Positions 9,994 to 22,501 of a stretch of 46,394 nt of DNA are shown piece after piece. The translations under genes and the position numbers were made by a program. The notes beneath the pieces are model-generated. The model was not told the origin of the DNA. It worked only from the letters and a program-made list of their open reading frames with translations, and did no database searches. This DNA comes from Elsinoe ampelina (taxonomy: Eukaryota). Positions within the stretch are counted from its first letter, which is position 1. Each line of letters starts with the position of its first letter. Where the stretch lies: contig ML992515.1 in the NCBI GenBank assembly GCA_010093995.1, forward strand, positions 5,469 to 51,862, in the 5' to 3' direction.

Positions 9994-11979
9994 ATGTCTA
10001 CTACTAGTTTAATCTTAGGCAAACATAGAAGGTCTTTTAGTATAGAAGGACAGAGTAGGCCTAAGTTAGAAGTAGAACTCTTCTACGGGGACTACGCCTA
10101 CTTAAGGCACTTCCTTATTTAACTTAAAGCCTTCTTCGCTCTAGAGAGAGATAAGTATAGCAACGACGTAGTAAAGGTTCTCTATACTAGGATACACCTT
10201 AAGGGCGCTACCTTCGAGTAGTTTAAGCCTTACATAAGTAGCTACCTAGATAGATAACTAGGCCTAGATACAAAGGCTATCTTTAAGAGCTTTAGTATCT
10301 TCTAGGCAAAGATTAAGTAAGTCTTTAACGTATCTAACGAGGAACACGTCGCTACGACAAAGATTTAACAATTATAACAACGTAGGTCTATAGTCTAGTA
10401 CTATTCCTAGTTCTAATAACTTGTAATATACCTAGACTAGGACGATAGTACTAAATACTTAGTATTCTATTAAGGACTAAGCGACTTAGTTAAAGACTAA
10501 ATAATACTTAAGCTACCCGATAGTCTTTAGAAACTAGTAGACACTACGATTGTTATTAATAATAGACTTTATAAACGACACATAGAACGTTATAGGGGAT
10601 ATAAGGCAAATACTAGATATACGCGTTTCTCTCGAAACTATAGAGACCCTATAGAACTTAATACTATATACGAAGGCTACTTCTTATAGGCACGAGGCTA
10701 CAGTTGTAGAGGAAAGTTCCTTAGTAGAAAAGAGAGAGAGAAGTATAGACAAGATAACTTATATTTTAAGTATAAAAGACCTAGGTATTAGGCTAGAGAC
10801 TACTAATAAGGGGCACTAGCCGATAAATTACATATAATAGTTGCTAGGCTAGTAGAAAAAAAGGCCGACACTACTATAGAAGACCTAACGACCTTTAGCG
10901 TAGGTAAGAAAACATAGAAGAGGTCTATAACGACTTAAGAGGTAATAGAATTCTCTCCGGATGTTACGCTTAACATCTCTATAACTAATAGCGAATAACA
11001 AAGCTAATATATAACGCTATTATAGATAGTATATTATAATAACTCTTATTATATTTACTTATTAGATAAGTAAAGATCTAGTTAGTTCCTATATAAGCTA
11101 TCTAAGCGTAAGTAACTAACAAAATAGCTAGACTAGGGGCTTAACCTAGAAAGGCTCTCTATAATTAGTAGTAACATTAACTAACCTTAGAAGGTAGTTA
11201 GCGATAATTACTAATATACGATTATTAAGACAAAGTATTAGGACGTAAGTACTACGTAATAATATAGTAGTCTTACCTTTAGCTCTTATAGTAAACTACA
11301 AGGAAAAGCGTATTATATATTACTCTAGAAATGTATAAATCTAAATTATAAATAGTACTATACTATCTACTTACACGATATACTCGGAGAAGACGCTATT
11401 AGTCTTAAATACACTATAGACTTCTTAGTAATTAAGATAGATAGTACTATTCTCTATAGCTAAGTAAAAGAATATACTTAGTATAGCCTTACTAACTATA
11501 ACTATACTAGAGGTAGTAGCGACAAAGAGAAATATAATAAAGAATATACTAAATAACTACGATATAACAATATAGATAAGGACTTATTTAACAACGACAA
11601 CGACGATGTACTACTATCGGGTAGACGACTTAAAGTATACCTTATAGGGATATAGAGGAATTATATAATAATATACACCTACTACTAGAATAGAACGTAA
11701 TAAGACAAATCTATATAACTTGTTTTTGTCTTTAATACTAACGCCTAGCTATACCTAGAAGAAATAGTTATACCTATACAGGTATATAACACTACTTAGT
11801 ACAACTAGTAGAGAATTATTAGACTTTATAGTTACTAAGGGACTTAGGCGCTAGAAGTTTACCTTACTATATTAAATAGCAACAAAACACAACTTACCTA
11901 ATAGATATAGTACTAATAGTAGATACGTATAGGAAGGGATTAGCTACTTATCTAAGGAGCTATAATAACAAAAAACTAG
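9994..11979 (+). pseudogene. Element A gag with a long C-terminal extension (661 codons)
   Basis: ATG at 9994. CCHC knuckle (L)CFKCGRPGHRARDC after de-RIP at 10759-10803. In-frame TAG at 11977-11979 directly after the slippery heptamer AAAAAAC (11970-11976). Confidence 0.78.
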
Positions 11980-14900
11980 CTAGTTATCGCCTAATAAGGT
12001 AAGACAATAACACTAGCTAAAGCCTTAATATAATAAAGATCTATACGTTAAACTACTTTATACTAGAAGTTGAAATATAAGAGAGTAAGGTAAGAGTAAT
12101 AATAGATTTAAGAGCTAACTATAGCTACGTCTCTACAATAGTTACTAATTAGCTTAAACCTTATTAACACTAGAAGGAGTTACCTTACCTACTTACTATA
12201 GCGGATAGAACCTCTATAGGGAAGAATAAGAAAGTTACTTAGGAACTACGAAACGTTATAATCTAAATCGGAACATACACGGAAAAATAATTAATCGATA
12301 TAGTTAATATATAGTACAATATAGTACTTAGTATAGACTAGCTTTAATAATATAATCTAGACGTAGACTAGATTAAAGAAACACTCGAATTCCCTAAGTG
12401 TAATTATAGAATATAGAGAGTATAATCGGCTCTATAGATACTAACTACAAGGATAGTATAGATACGACTAATAGTTAGAGCTATCGCTAGCGTAAGTAAT
12501 TAAGTACTTTCGCTAGAATATAAAGACTTTAAGGACTTGTTTAAAGAAAGAGAAGATATTATAGCCTTACTCTAATATAAACTATAGAATTACAAAATAC
12601 CTTTTAAAGAAGGTAAATCCCTAACACACTATTAAGGTCTTATACTACTATTGAAATAAGAGAAGAATATTCTTAAGAACTATATTGACAAGTACTTACT
12701 TAAAGGATTTATATAACTATTAAAATTACCTATTACGCACGGAGTGCTTTTTATACTAAAAAAGGATAGAACATTATAAATATACATTAATTACTAGAAA
12801 CTTAATACACTTACTAGGAAGAATTACTATTCTCTACTAAGGATCGACAAACTTTAAGACTAACTACTTAGAGCTAAATAGTTTACCGTAATTAATATTA
12901 GAGATGCCTATTATTAAGTATAAATAAAGGAGAGTAAGAAGTAGAAGACAGCTTTTAGAACGTAATAGAGTTTATATAAGTACCTTGTTATGCCCTTTAG
13001 GTTAACTAACGCTCTTATAACCTTCTAAGAGTTAATTAATAACACTCTATAAAAATACCTTAATAATTTTGTCTTAGCATATTTAGACAATATTATTATC
13101 TTCTTAAAGACGTATAATAAATATATAGGACATGTTTATAAAGTACTATAGAAACTAAAAGAAAAAGACCTACTAGTAAAACTCTCTAAGTGTAAGTTCT
13201 ATAAACATAAGATACAATTTCTAAGCTATGTTATATCTACTAATAGTATTAGACTCGATCTAAAGAAGATTAAGTTAGTAAACGACTAGCCGGAACCTAT
13301 AACAGTTAAGGAGGTTTAAGCGCTACTAGAGTTCTTTAACTACTACTATAAGTTTATTAAAGGATTCTCTAAGGTAGCTATACTAATATCTAACCTTACG
13401 AAAAAGAAAACTAGCTTTATCTTTAATAAGAGGTATAGGTAGGCCTTTAAGGAGCTAAAGCTTAGACTTACGATAGTACCTATCCTAGCACTCTTTAACT
13501 TAGACCGATAAGCACTACTAGAAACAGATGCCTCGGACTTTGTAATAGAAGCATATCTAGCGTAGAAAGGCATAGAAGGACGACGCTACTTAATTATATA
13601 CTACTTATAAAAAATAACCGGACTTAAACTTAACTATAATATATATAACAAGGAATTACTTATAATTATAAAAGTGTTCCGTAAATAGAGAGTATACCTA
13701 GAAGAAATAACCTTACCTATATAAGTCTACACTAACTATAAGAACCTTCTATATTAGACAATAACTAAGGTTCTTAATAGATAACAGGTTTAATAGTTAG
13801 AAACACTTATAAGCTATAACTTCTAGATCTACTATATTAAGGAATTAGAGAATAGCGGAGTAGACGCTCTTAGCTACTAGCCGGATTACTTAAAAAACAT
13901 AACAATAATAGAGGCCTCTATACTAAAGTAGTAGGATAGCGCTCTAGTCTATAAGCACCCGAAGGTAGAGTAGTTATATAGCCTTACCTAGAAGCTTACG
14001 TAAGAATAGAAGAAAGAAGTTATTTAAATATACTATAATAACTTAATAGTAGAACATAGTAGGATCGATAAGACTATTAAACTTATTATATAAAACTATC
14101 TCTAGAAAGAACTCCGAAACGATATTAAGATATATATTGCTACCTACGATACATGCTATAAGTCTAAGCACTTTCGACATAGACTATATAGCCTACTATA
14201 ACCCTTACTACTACCGGACAAACTATAGTAATTAGTTATAATAGACTTTATAGGACCTCTACTACTATTAGAAGAACCTCTTATAGGTATAAAGTATAAT
14301 AGTATTCTAGTCCTAGTAGATAGATTTACGAAGTATTACTACTTTGTCCTATATAAGATAATAGTAACTACTAAGAATATAGCCTTTACTTTTCTCTAAA
14401 TAATTGTTTTATAATATAGAGTACTACGAGACTTAATAACTAATAGAGATAAGCTATTTACATTATAATTCTAGTAATTATTTATAGATCTACTAGAAGT
14501 TAAATATAAGCTATTAATCTCCTTTTACCTATAAACGGACAGATAAACTAAATAGGCAAATTAAGTACTAGAGTAGTACCTACGATGCTATCTAAACTAT
14601 AAGTAAGACTTATAGGCGATACTATTACTACTCGTAGAGCTTGCTATTAATAATAGAAAGTTAGCAAATAGAATTTTACTATTCTATATAAACTATAGGA
14701 TATACCTAGATCTATACTATAATATACTTAGAATTAAGCTAGTATCTAAGGATGCTAATATACTAGTAGCTAATATTAAGAAACTACACGACTAGCTATA
14801 CTATAATATAGCATTTATATTACAAAGAATAGTAGAGTTTACTAACTAGAAGAGAATTACAAGACTAATTCTATAAGAGAGAGAGAAAGTTTACCTCCTT

Positions 14901-15350
14901 AGCAAAAACATTAAAACGAAACAACCAAGTAAGAAACTTAACTACACTAAACTAGGACCCTTTAAGATCCTAGAAAAGAAAAACAAGAACGTATATAAAC
15001 TAGAACTACTAAGACATATAAGGATTTATCTAGTCTTTTATATATTACTACTAGAGAAAGCACTATAGAATACTATACCTAGACCTATCGAACTAGAGGA
15101 AGAAACATAGGAGCTATAGTATAAAATAGAAAGAGTTTTATATTATAAACTTATAAAAGGAAAATACTACTATCTTATTTACTAGAAGGGACATTAGTAT
15201 AGTAAAGTAACATAGGAACTAGAGGAGTACCTTACCTTATAAGTAATTCTAGATTATTAGATTAAGAACCTATTCTAAGTAAACTAACTAGACGGACCTA
15301 GCACTCTAAACACTAAACAAAAACGAGAATGCCTAAGGAAGATTACTTAA
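11970..15350 (+). pseudogene. Element A pol (protease, RT, RNase H, integrase, chromodomain) in the -1 frame relative to gag; 3' end approximate
   Basis: De-RIP motifs: IDSGA ~12102, MPFGLTNAP at 12990, YLDD ~13080, ETDASDF ~13521, H..GH...C..C ~14030-14160, TDRDKLF ~14438, GPFKI ~14955, Y.VE...YLIHWKG...TWEP ~15120-15220. Confidence 0.88.
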
Positions 15351-15895
15351 CTAATAGAAGTACCTTAATTGTTACTAAGTAAGGAACTCTAATTAGAGTT
15401 AGGCATAAATAACTACTAGTCCTATAGTAGAACGGGATCTACCGACAATAGTATTTCCTTCTACTCTAAGACTTAAATATAGGTCTCTTCTAGAGAGATT
15501 ACTTTCTCTGTCTTATTCTCTAACTTTTATATCTCTTCGCGTAGGCGAAGCTTATTGCCTATAGCTCTTTAATAAGCCTCTTTTGCCTTTTTATAAGCTT
15601 CTTTAGCTTCTCTTCTAGTAGCCTTAGCTATAACTAATTCCTTTCGTAAATAAATATGCTTAGACTAAAGATGCTACTATTTTGATTTTGTTACTTAAAT
15701 ATTATAACTTAAGTAGTTACTTACGATATACTAGCTATAGATACTCGACTAAATATAGATCTTATAGTCTAGCTCCTTCGATTTGTAACGAGAATAAGCC
15801 TATAGTATATTAGTTCCGAATAGTTTAATAAACTCTAAGAGATTCTTTCGTATAGATATACTAGATTTGCTATATCTTTAATAACTAGAAGGCAT
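15350..15895 (-). pseudogene. Antisense accessory ORF of element A: six-Cys (Zn-cluster-like) motif plus coiled coil; end approximate
   Basis: ATG at 15895. De-RIP reading C-S-R-C-K-S-K-G-L-D-C-x8-C-x2-C-x7-C-D followed by an E/K/R/A-rich helix. Same ORF in element B from 35676. Confidence 0.6.
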
Positions 15896-15969
15896 ATTTA
15901 GTATATAGCGCGTAAGGACAAGGAAGAATACTTACTTGTTAGGACAACTCGATTAAAGAAGAAGAGTAA

Positions 15970-16432
15970 TATTATAAACTAGTAGGACAGCTAGAATATA
16001 GAGACGTTAGGACTAATTAAGCTACTGAGATTATTATATAACCTAGCCCGACATTTACCTAGTTCTCTATCTTCTCTAGTAGCTCTACCTCTAAAACTAT
16101 AGAGTATATAGGTTACTAGTAGACGTGTACTCTATATTGCCCCCGACTCTTACTACGGAGCATATAAAGTATATAGAGAACGTAATAGAGAATATATATA
16201 TATAGGAATAGTCCTTACCTTATATAAGTACTATAGTTAACCTTGTCTAGATAGCGAACACTAGTATTGCTAAGGCTAGCCTTTATAATACTATCTAATT
16301 GTACTTTATTATCTATAAGACATACCTTCTCTAACTCTTACCTTAGTACTATACTACTATAGAAGTAGAACTACCTCGTTCCTAGCTTAGCTTAGACTAC
16401 TAGCATAGACTATGTTTAGACAGTTCGTAATA
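15970..16432 (+). repeat. Element A 3' LTR
   Basis: 463 bp, preceded by the polypurine tract AAAGAAGAAGAGTAA and followed by TSD GTAGG. Confidence 0.93.
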
Positions 16433-16615
16433 GTAGGTAAATTAGATAAATGCTCTAATACTAATATTAATATTATTATACTAGTCTATAGAGTAGTAGT
16501 AGTGTCTATATTATTATCCTTAACCTATAGTAAGAATAGAGTAATCTATAACTCTAGTATATTAAGGCACTTTATTAAAGACAGGTTATAGTTCTTAATA
16601 ATTAAGGTATATAAA

Positions 16616-16756
16616 TGTTATATGTACTATAATAGTTAGTAATAAAAAGTGTATTAAGACATAGTTATATAATAATTGCTATAGAAAGCTATTTTAGGTT
16701 ATATATCCTACGCTAAGCCTTACGCTACGTAAGCTCTAGTTAACTATATAGTAATA
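16616..16756 (-). repeat. Putative 3' LTR of element C (~141 bp)
   Basis: TGTTAT...GTAATA is the RIP form of TGTTAC...GTAACA inverted ends. The adjacent TATCCCCTAG reads as a short polypurine tract on the minus strand. Copia homology stops here. No partner LTR in the window to confirm it. Confidence 0.45.
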
Positions 16757-16799
16757 TATCCCCTAGCTAGAGGAAAAGTGTTAATAACCTTATTAACTA

Positions 16800-19700
16800 A
16801 CTACTCTATCTCGATACTATTACTAACTATCTACTTTAAATAACTATCTTAGTTGTCCGTCTCTAACGCTTCTTAGTTATTCTTTATATCTATATTCTCT
16901 ATTGTCTCTCTTACGATTAGTAGTATCTCTATTGTGTCTATTACTACTCTTACTATCTTATTTATATATCGTGCCTATATATCGTATTCTTGTGTATTAT
17001 ATACGACTTGTCCTTCTATAGCTCTTACTCTTACGTCTAAGGCTTAGTAAGTAGTAACTACTATAGTCTCGATAGTATTATCTAGTATAGCTTATATAAT
17101 TTAGTTATATAGTACTAGTTAGGAGTAGAGGTTATAGAAGATCGATCTATAGGCACTAAACTTTCTCGTTTCTTAGCCCGACCTATAAGTCTTATAGTTA
17201 TAGAGATTAACTACTATAACTTATTCTAGTTAATATTTATTCTTACTAAGTTACTTATCTCGTATCTACTACTTAGTTACTCCTAGTAGTGTTATAACTA
17301 GTAGTTCCTCTATATATTTATATTAGAGGAGAGTTAGTTTACTACGTTCTTCTCTAGCTAGTAGTTAAGTTAGTTTATTTGTCTTTAGTGCTAATAGCGG
17401 CGTAGTAGATCTAGAAATCGAATCCTCGCGGAAGATTATATAGCTATATATATATAGTTACGCTTAGGATAGAGGTTTTGCCTAGCCTAGCTAAGAATAC
17501 TAGTTATTTAGTAATCTTCGCGTTAATAGTTGCCTTTCGCTTAGTTTCTTTTATATAAGTGTCTCTTACGCTAGTTAATTTTCCTTACTAAACTATTTAT
17601 AGAGATTATTTTTCTCTTATGCTTACCGCTTAGAAGGCCTATACTTATTAGCGTCGTTATAGTCTTCGTAGAGTTGCTTTAGTGCCTTCTATTCTTGCTT
17701 CTAAAGTTGTTCTAGTCTATTATACTAATTAAAACTAGTAAAGGCTAGTCTAGTTTAGTTTTTATTAAGAAATACGTAATCTAGTACTAGTTAGGTAGCA
17801 TCTATAGGTATAGGTTTTAGTAGGCTATATTAAACAAAGAAATCTTATAGTTTAGAGCTTAAGGTGTTAGTTAAGATATATTTCGTTTCTCTAGCTTCTT
17901 AAAAGGCTACTTCGAATTTATAGAGTTTAAGTTATAGATTATTATTGTCCTCTAACTCGTGCTACTTTAATTTAGTTACTCTAACATTACTTTCTTCTCC
18001 TATAAGGTTAATTATATTTTAAGCTAATAGTTGCTTCTAGAGAGTTAGTCGTAGTAGTAGAGTACTAGGTAGTAGTATATTATCGAGTTATTACTCTAGT
18101 TTCTTTAGAGTTAGTTACTTCTCTATAGAAATATTAGTTATGCTATTAAGTTATATTACCGAGTAGATAGAGGCGTTAGGTAGCTCTTAGATCTTATTAG
18201 GTTAAATTATAGTTTAGCTTTATAGAGGTTATAGCTTCTCTAGTGCCGAAGGTTAGTTAAGTTTCTCTAGAGGTATCTCCTCTAGGCCTTCCTAATTATT
18301 CTTCTTATTATATTACTTATATACCTTACATAGTACTAGTTCCTTTTCTAAATTCAGTTTCGGAGTTATAATAGCGTTTTTAGTATCCCTAGTAACGCTC
18401 TTAGTTATTTATTAGTTCTTTAATACTATAAGGTTAGTAGAGGTCTAGTTATTAACTACGATAAGACTAGATTCTCTTATAAGATTAGTTATACCTATAA
18501 TTAGGTAGTTGTCTTTATTAAAATTATCTCTGTTATATAGCTTATAGTCCTAGCTATTTACGTCTAACTAATTAATAATCTTATTAATAGCGCTTCTAGT
18601 AGAGACGTTATAGATATTCTATAGGGCTAGTATAGAGTTAACTAAGTCCCCTATTCCGTATACTACTGCCTTGTTAATTAGATCGATAGAGTTATAATTA
18701 CTCTAGACTATAGCCTTTAGCTTACTCTTCTACCTTTCGACTACTTCTAGTAGTAGGTTAATAAATTTATTCTTTTCCTATTTAAAGAAGCTTATTGCCT
18801 ATACTAGAAAAATTAGATAACAAGTGTTAATATTATATAGGTTAGTTTAGAGCGCTTAGTAGTAGGTATTCTACTTAGTTTATAGGAAAAGTTATATTAG
18901 GACATAGACGCTTCGTTTAACAGGTTAGAACTTCGAGGGGTATAGCCTAATACTAGCTAGAGCCTTATAAGTAGTGTAGTAGTTAGTTCCTTACGGTAGC
19001 TAGTTCTATACTATAGAGTTAGAGTATTTATATTTCTCTAGGTTAAGCTTAAGGCAACATTAGACTTCTAACCTGCTTAGGAGGTAAACTCTATAGGCTA
19101 ATACTACGACTTATTAGTGTTATTTGTTCTTAACTATATACGGATTTCTAAATAGTAGATAGTCTAGGCGTAGGAGTTAATTCTTATTAAAGATTCTAGG
19201 GAAATAGTAGTCTAACTTAGTAACTATAAACGTATTCTTATAGCGGATTATATAACTAAGTATAAAGCTATTAAAGTAGTACTATAGTAGAATTATAGCT
19301 AAAGGGAAATTAGGGACTAAGGCGTTAAAGAATTTCTTTACGTTATAATCTTTGTAGTTAATACTAAAACTCTTCTTAATATTATTAAGGTTATACTTTA
19401 TGCTCTAGAAATCCTTAGTTATACTAAAAGTATTAAAGATCTTAAGGTTCTTTTCCTCGACTATAGTACTCTAGCTAGTTCCTTAGCTTACATTAGTTAA
19501 CTTTCTCTTATAGCCTTATTTAGTTTTCTAGTTGTCTTTCTTACTAGGCGTTAGAGTACCGCTAGCGCCTATATCGATAGGTTTACGCCTTCTAGTTTTA
19601 GTTAGCTTACTCTTTAACGTAGAGGTTTTTAGTTAAGGTTATATAACTTATTATTTAAATTCCTTAAGCTTTCTATCCGATTATTCTCTAGTAGTATTAT

Positions 19701-22430
19701 ATCTCGTAATAAACTTACTTTTAATTTAGTTATTCTTTGTTAGAGCTCTTAGTAACTTTATTAATATAACTAGGTCGTATATATACTATATAGGTACCTT
19801 AGTATTATATCTAGAGTATCTTTAGAATATTAAATACTTTACTATTTTATGTAAAGTAGTCTAGTGTTCTATAATTTCTTATAATAGCAAGTCTAGGTTA
19901 CTTTTAATTTTGTACGCCTTAATTACTTTCTTCTAGTAGTTTAGTAGTTAAGTAAAGTAGGCGTACCTTGCCTAACTATAGAGTAGAACATATAACTAGT
20001 AGTTTATATAACTAGCGTTATTATTGTTATATACTAAAAGCCTCTAGTAATAGTTAGTAAGTAAAATATGTTTCTCTATTATAATTATAACTAGCCTAAA
20101 ATAGTTAATCTTTAAGAGAGGTTCGCTATCGTTATTAAGCGCTAGTTCTTCTTTAATCTAGATTTGTTCTAAGAAGTTTATTATAGTTTCTGTCTTTTTA
20201 AAACGTATTAACTCTCCTTTAGAGAATTTAGGTTAGAGTATTATCTTTATTATAGGTTCTAACTTGTTATACTATAGGTTCTTATTCTAGGTAGTATAGA
20301 GCTTCTATATCTAGTAATTATAGAATCTCCTTACTTCGTCTATATCGAGGAGGCTAACCTATCCTAGAAGAGTAGCGAGGTTCTTAAGGCCGTCTATAAG
20401 ACCTCTCTACTCTTTTAGTATCTCTTTAAGTTATACTATCTCGATAAAGACTAGTTTAGACAACTTATACTCTTAGGCGATTAATTTAAAAATTATACTT
20501 ATAGTTACTCGGAAGTGTACTACGCTATAGCCTTATAGTAGATACTATAACCTAGCTTTACTAATTTCTTTAATCTAGAGGTTAAGGATAATAAAGGCTA
20601 GGGGGTATAATAGTAGATAGTCTACCTTCTAGTTGTAGTTAAACTTTAAGATTAACCTTTCCTAGTTCTTAACTTTATAGATCTCGACTAGTTCCTCTAC
20701 TAGGTTATAGTTTAGTAGATTATATATCTTAGTAGAGAGGTCTCCGGGATTAGTATAAGTATTAATATATAGGTACCTTACCTATACCTTCTTATTGTTT
20801 CTAAATATTAGTCTCTTATAGAGTATAAGAAGATAGTTAACTATAATAACATTACTTAGACAAGATTCTTTAATCGCTTCTAACTTCTTAATGCTAGTCT
20901 AGTCTAAGTATAATATATCTATAACTTTAATATTAACTTCCGGGCAGTTTAATAAAATGTCTTTAGTTACTTATTTTAGATTAACTTCCTTTTCTCTCTC
21001 TCTATTATCTATTAGCTTTTCCTATAACGTATTAGATTAGTCCTATTCTTCTAGTTCTACCTTTACTTTCTTATAGTTCTACTATACTTAGAGGTTAGCG
21101 TACTTCTCTCTTATTCTTTTTAGAATACTATATAGCTTCTTTTCTTTAGTTAAGGAGTTCTACTTATTAAGTTATTAAAGAATATACTTAGCTATAACTG
21201 TCTTCTATAGGTTGTCTACTTTGTCTAGGAGAAGAAGTAGAACCTTCTTATATTATTTCTTATCCTAACTATAGGCCTTAAATGCTACTCTAATTATATC
21301 TCTTATTATGCCTATTATTAGTTATTGTCCTACGAAGAACAGGTATAGGCTCTATTTAGCTAGTGTTCTATTACTAACCTATATTTAGTAGTTATCTACC
21401 TCTACTTTCTTACTCTTAGTCTTTTTTATATCGGCTTAGGTTAGGAAACCTAGAACTTCGGTAGCGAAGTCTCTATTTAAGGTTAGTAGTTTCTAGATGT
21501 TACGTTAATCCCTATAGATTAATAGGGTAGATACTCTAGCCTAGAATACTTTTAGGAGGTTAGTAAGTTTAGAATCTTTCTTAAGTAGAGTAATAGCTTT
21601 ACCTATAACTTCTTTTATTATTAGTATATAGTTAAGCGAAGAGTAGTTATAGTTAGAGAAATCTTTATTAACTTCTAGTACTTCTAGGACTAACTAGAGT
21701 TCCTCCGAAAGGTCTATAGAGTTATTCTTACTAGTAGAAGATAGAGTAACTTTTAGTTCCGCTAGCTTCTTCTTCTATATTAGGCGTAGTATATCGGCCT
21801 ACTATCCCCTATAGTTATATAGTACATTTAGCTAGCTATTAGTTAAGTTAAGCTTAGTTATATTATTAACTAAATTCTATAGGGATTTTTTGTAATTAGT
21901 TTTATTATATAGCTATTTTATCTCGTCTCTACTAGTGTTAGTAGTTTCTATTTAAGTGTTTAACTCGTTTATTACTTTTATAACTATGTTAGCTCTACTC
22001 TTACCCTTGACTATTAGCCTTACTTAATGTTAGTCTCTAGCTCTTTAAAGTTCTAGTCTTCTAGTTATAGGTCCGAAGCCTTTCTTAGTTAGTAACTTCT
22101 TAGCTAGAGGTCTTATCTATACGACTAGTTTCGTTTTAATATCTTATTCGTTTAAGTCTTTAGTTACTTTTGTCTATACTCTAGTAATTTGTAGAATAGA
22201 GTTTATTTTTACCTTCTTTATAGGTGGCAGTAGTTGTTTAAGTTCCTTAGAGAGTATATACTTCTTAATTATAGTACTAGTTATATGTCTAAGGTTTATA
22301 AATAATAATTCCTTAGGTAAGGTAATAGAATTATAAGTTTATTAATATTTCTTCTAGAGGGGCACGTTCGGATTAGAAATAGCTAGAAGGTAAATTATGT
22401 AATTTATAGAGTTATTAGACATCGGCTAAG
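16800..22430 (-). pseudogene. RIP-degraded coding-like region of unknown product(s), downstream of element C pol
   Basis: Long minus-strand stretches whose stops are mostly TAA/TAG, explicable as RIP-hit Gln/Trp. Composition is helical/charged. No transposase, RT or other motif recognised. Confidence 0.4.
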
Positions 22431-22501
22431 ACTAACTCCTTTTACTTAAACTTAGATTTTAGTTATTGTCTTTAGTAGCTATACTCTCTAACGATAAGTC
22501 T

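Larger units (their letters stand above)
9415..16432 (+). mobile_element. Complete Ty3/Gypsy chromovirus-type LTR retrotransposon, element A (7018 bp), RIP-inactivated
   Basis: 463-bp LTRs, 5-bp TSD GTAGG (9410-9414 and 16433-16437), purine tract before the 3' LTR, domain order gag-PR-RT-RH-IN-chromodomain. Confidence 0.95.
8104..16615 (+). mobile_element. Ty1/Copia relic (LTR, gag and protease start); pieces are 8104-9414 and 16433-16615, split by element A and then cut off by element C
   Basis: Copia-type post-LTR motif and RIP-degraded gag-like coding at ~8400-9410. After A, gta atc tat aac tct agt ata tta agg cac ttt (~16541-16573) de-RIPs to VIYDSGASRHF, a Copia protease active-site pattern. 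Confidence 0.68.

Noticed and set aside
13346..13573. 75-aa minus-strand ORF (likewise 1779..1967 and 46035..46238)
   Set aside because: Chance open frames in RIP-degraded TE sequence.
19900..20100. Possible SWIM finger, which would make 16800-22400 a MULE transposase
   Set aside because: It needs several speculative reversions, and I found no MULE DDE motif, TIRs or 9-bp TSD.
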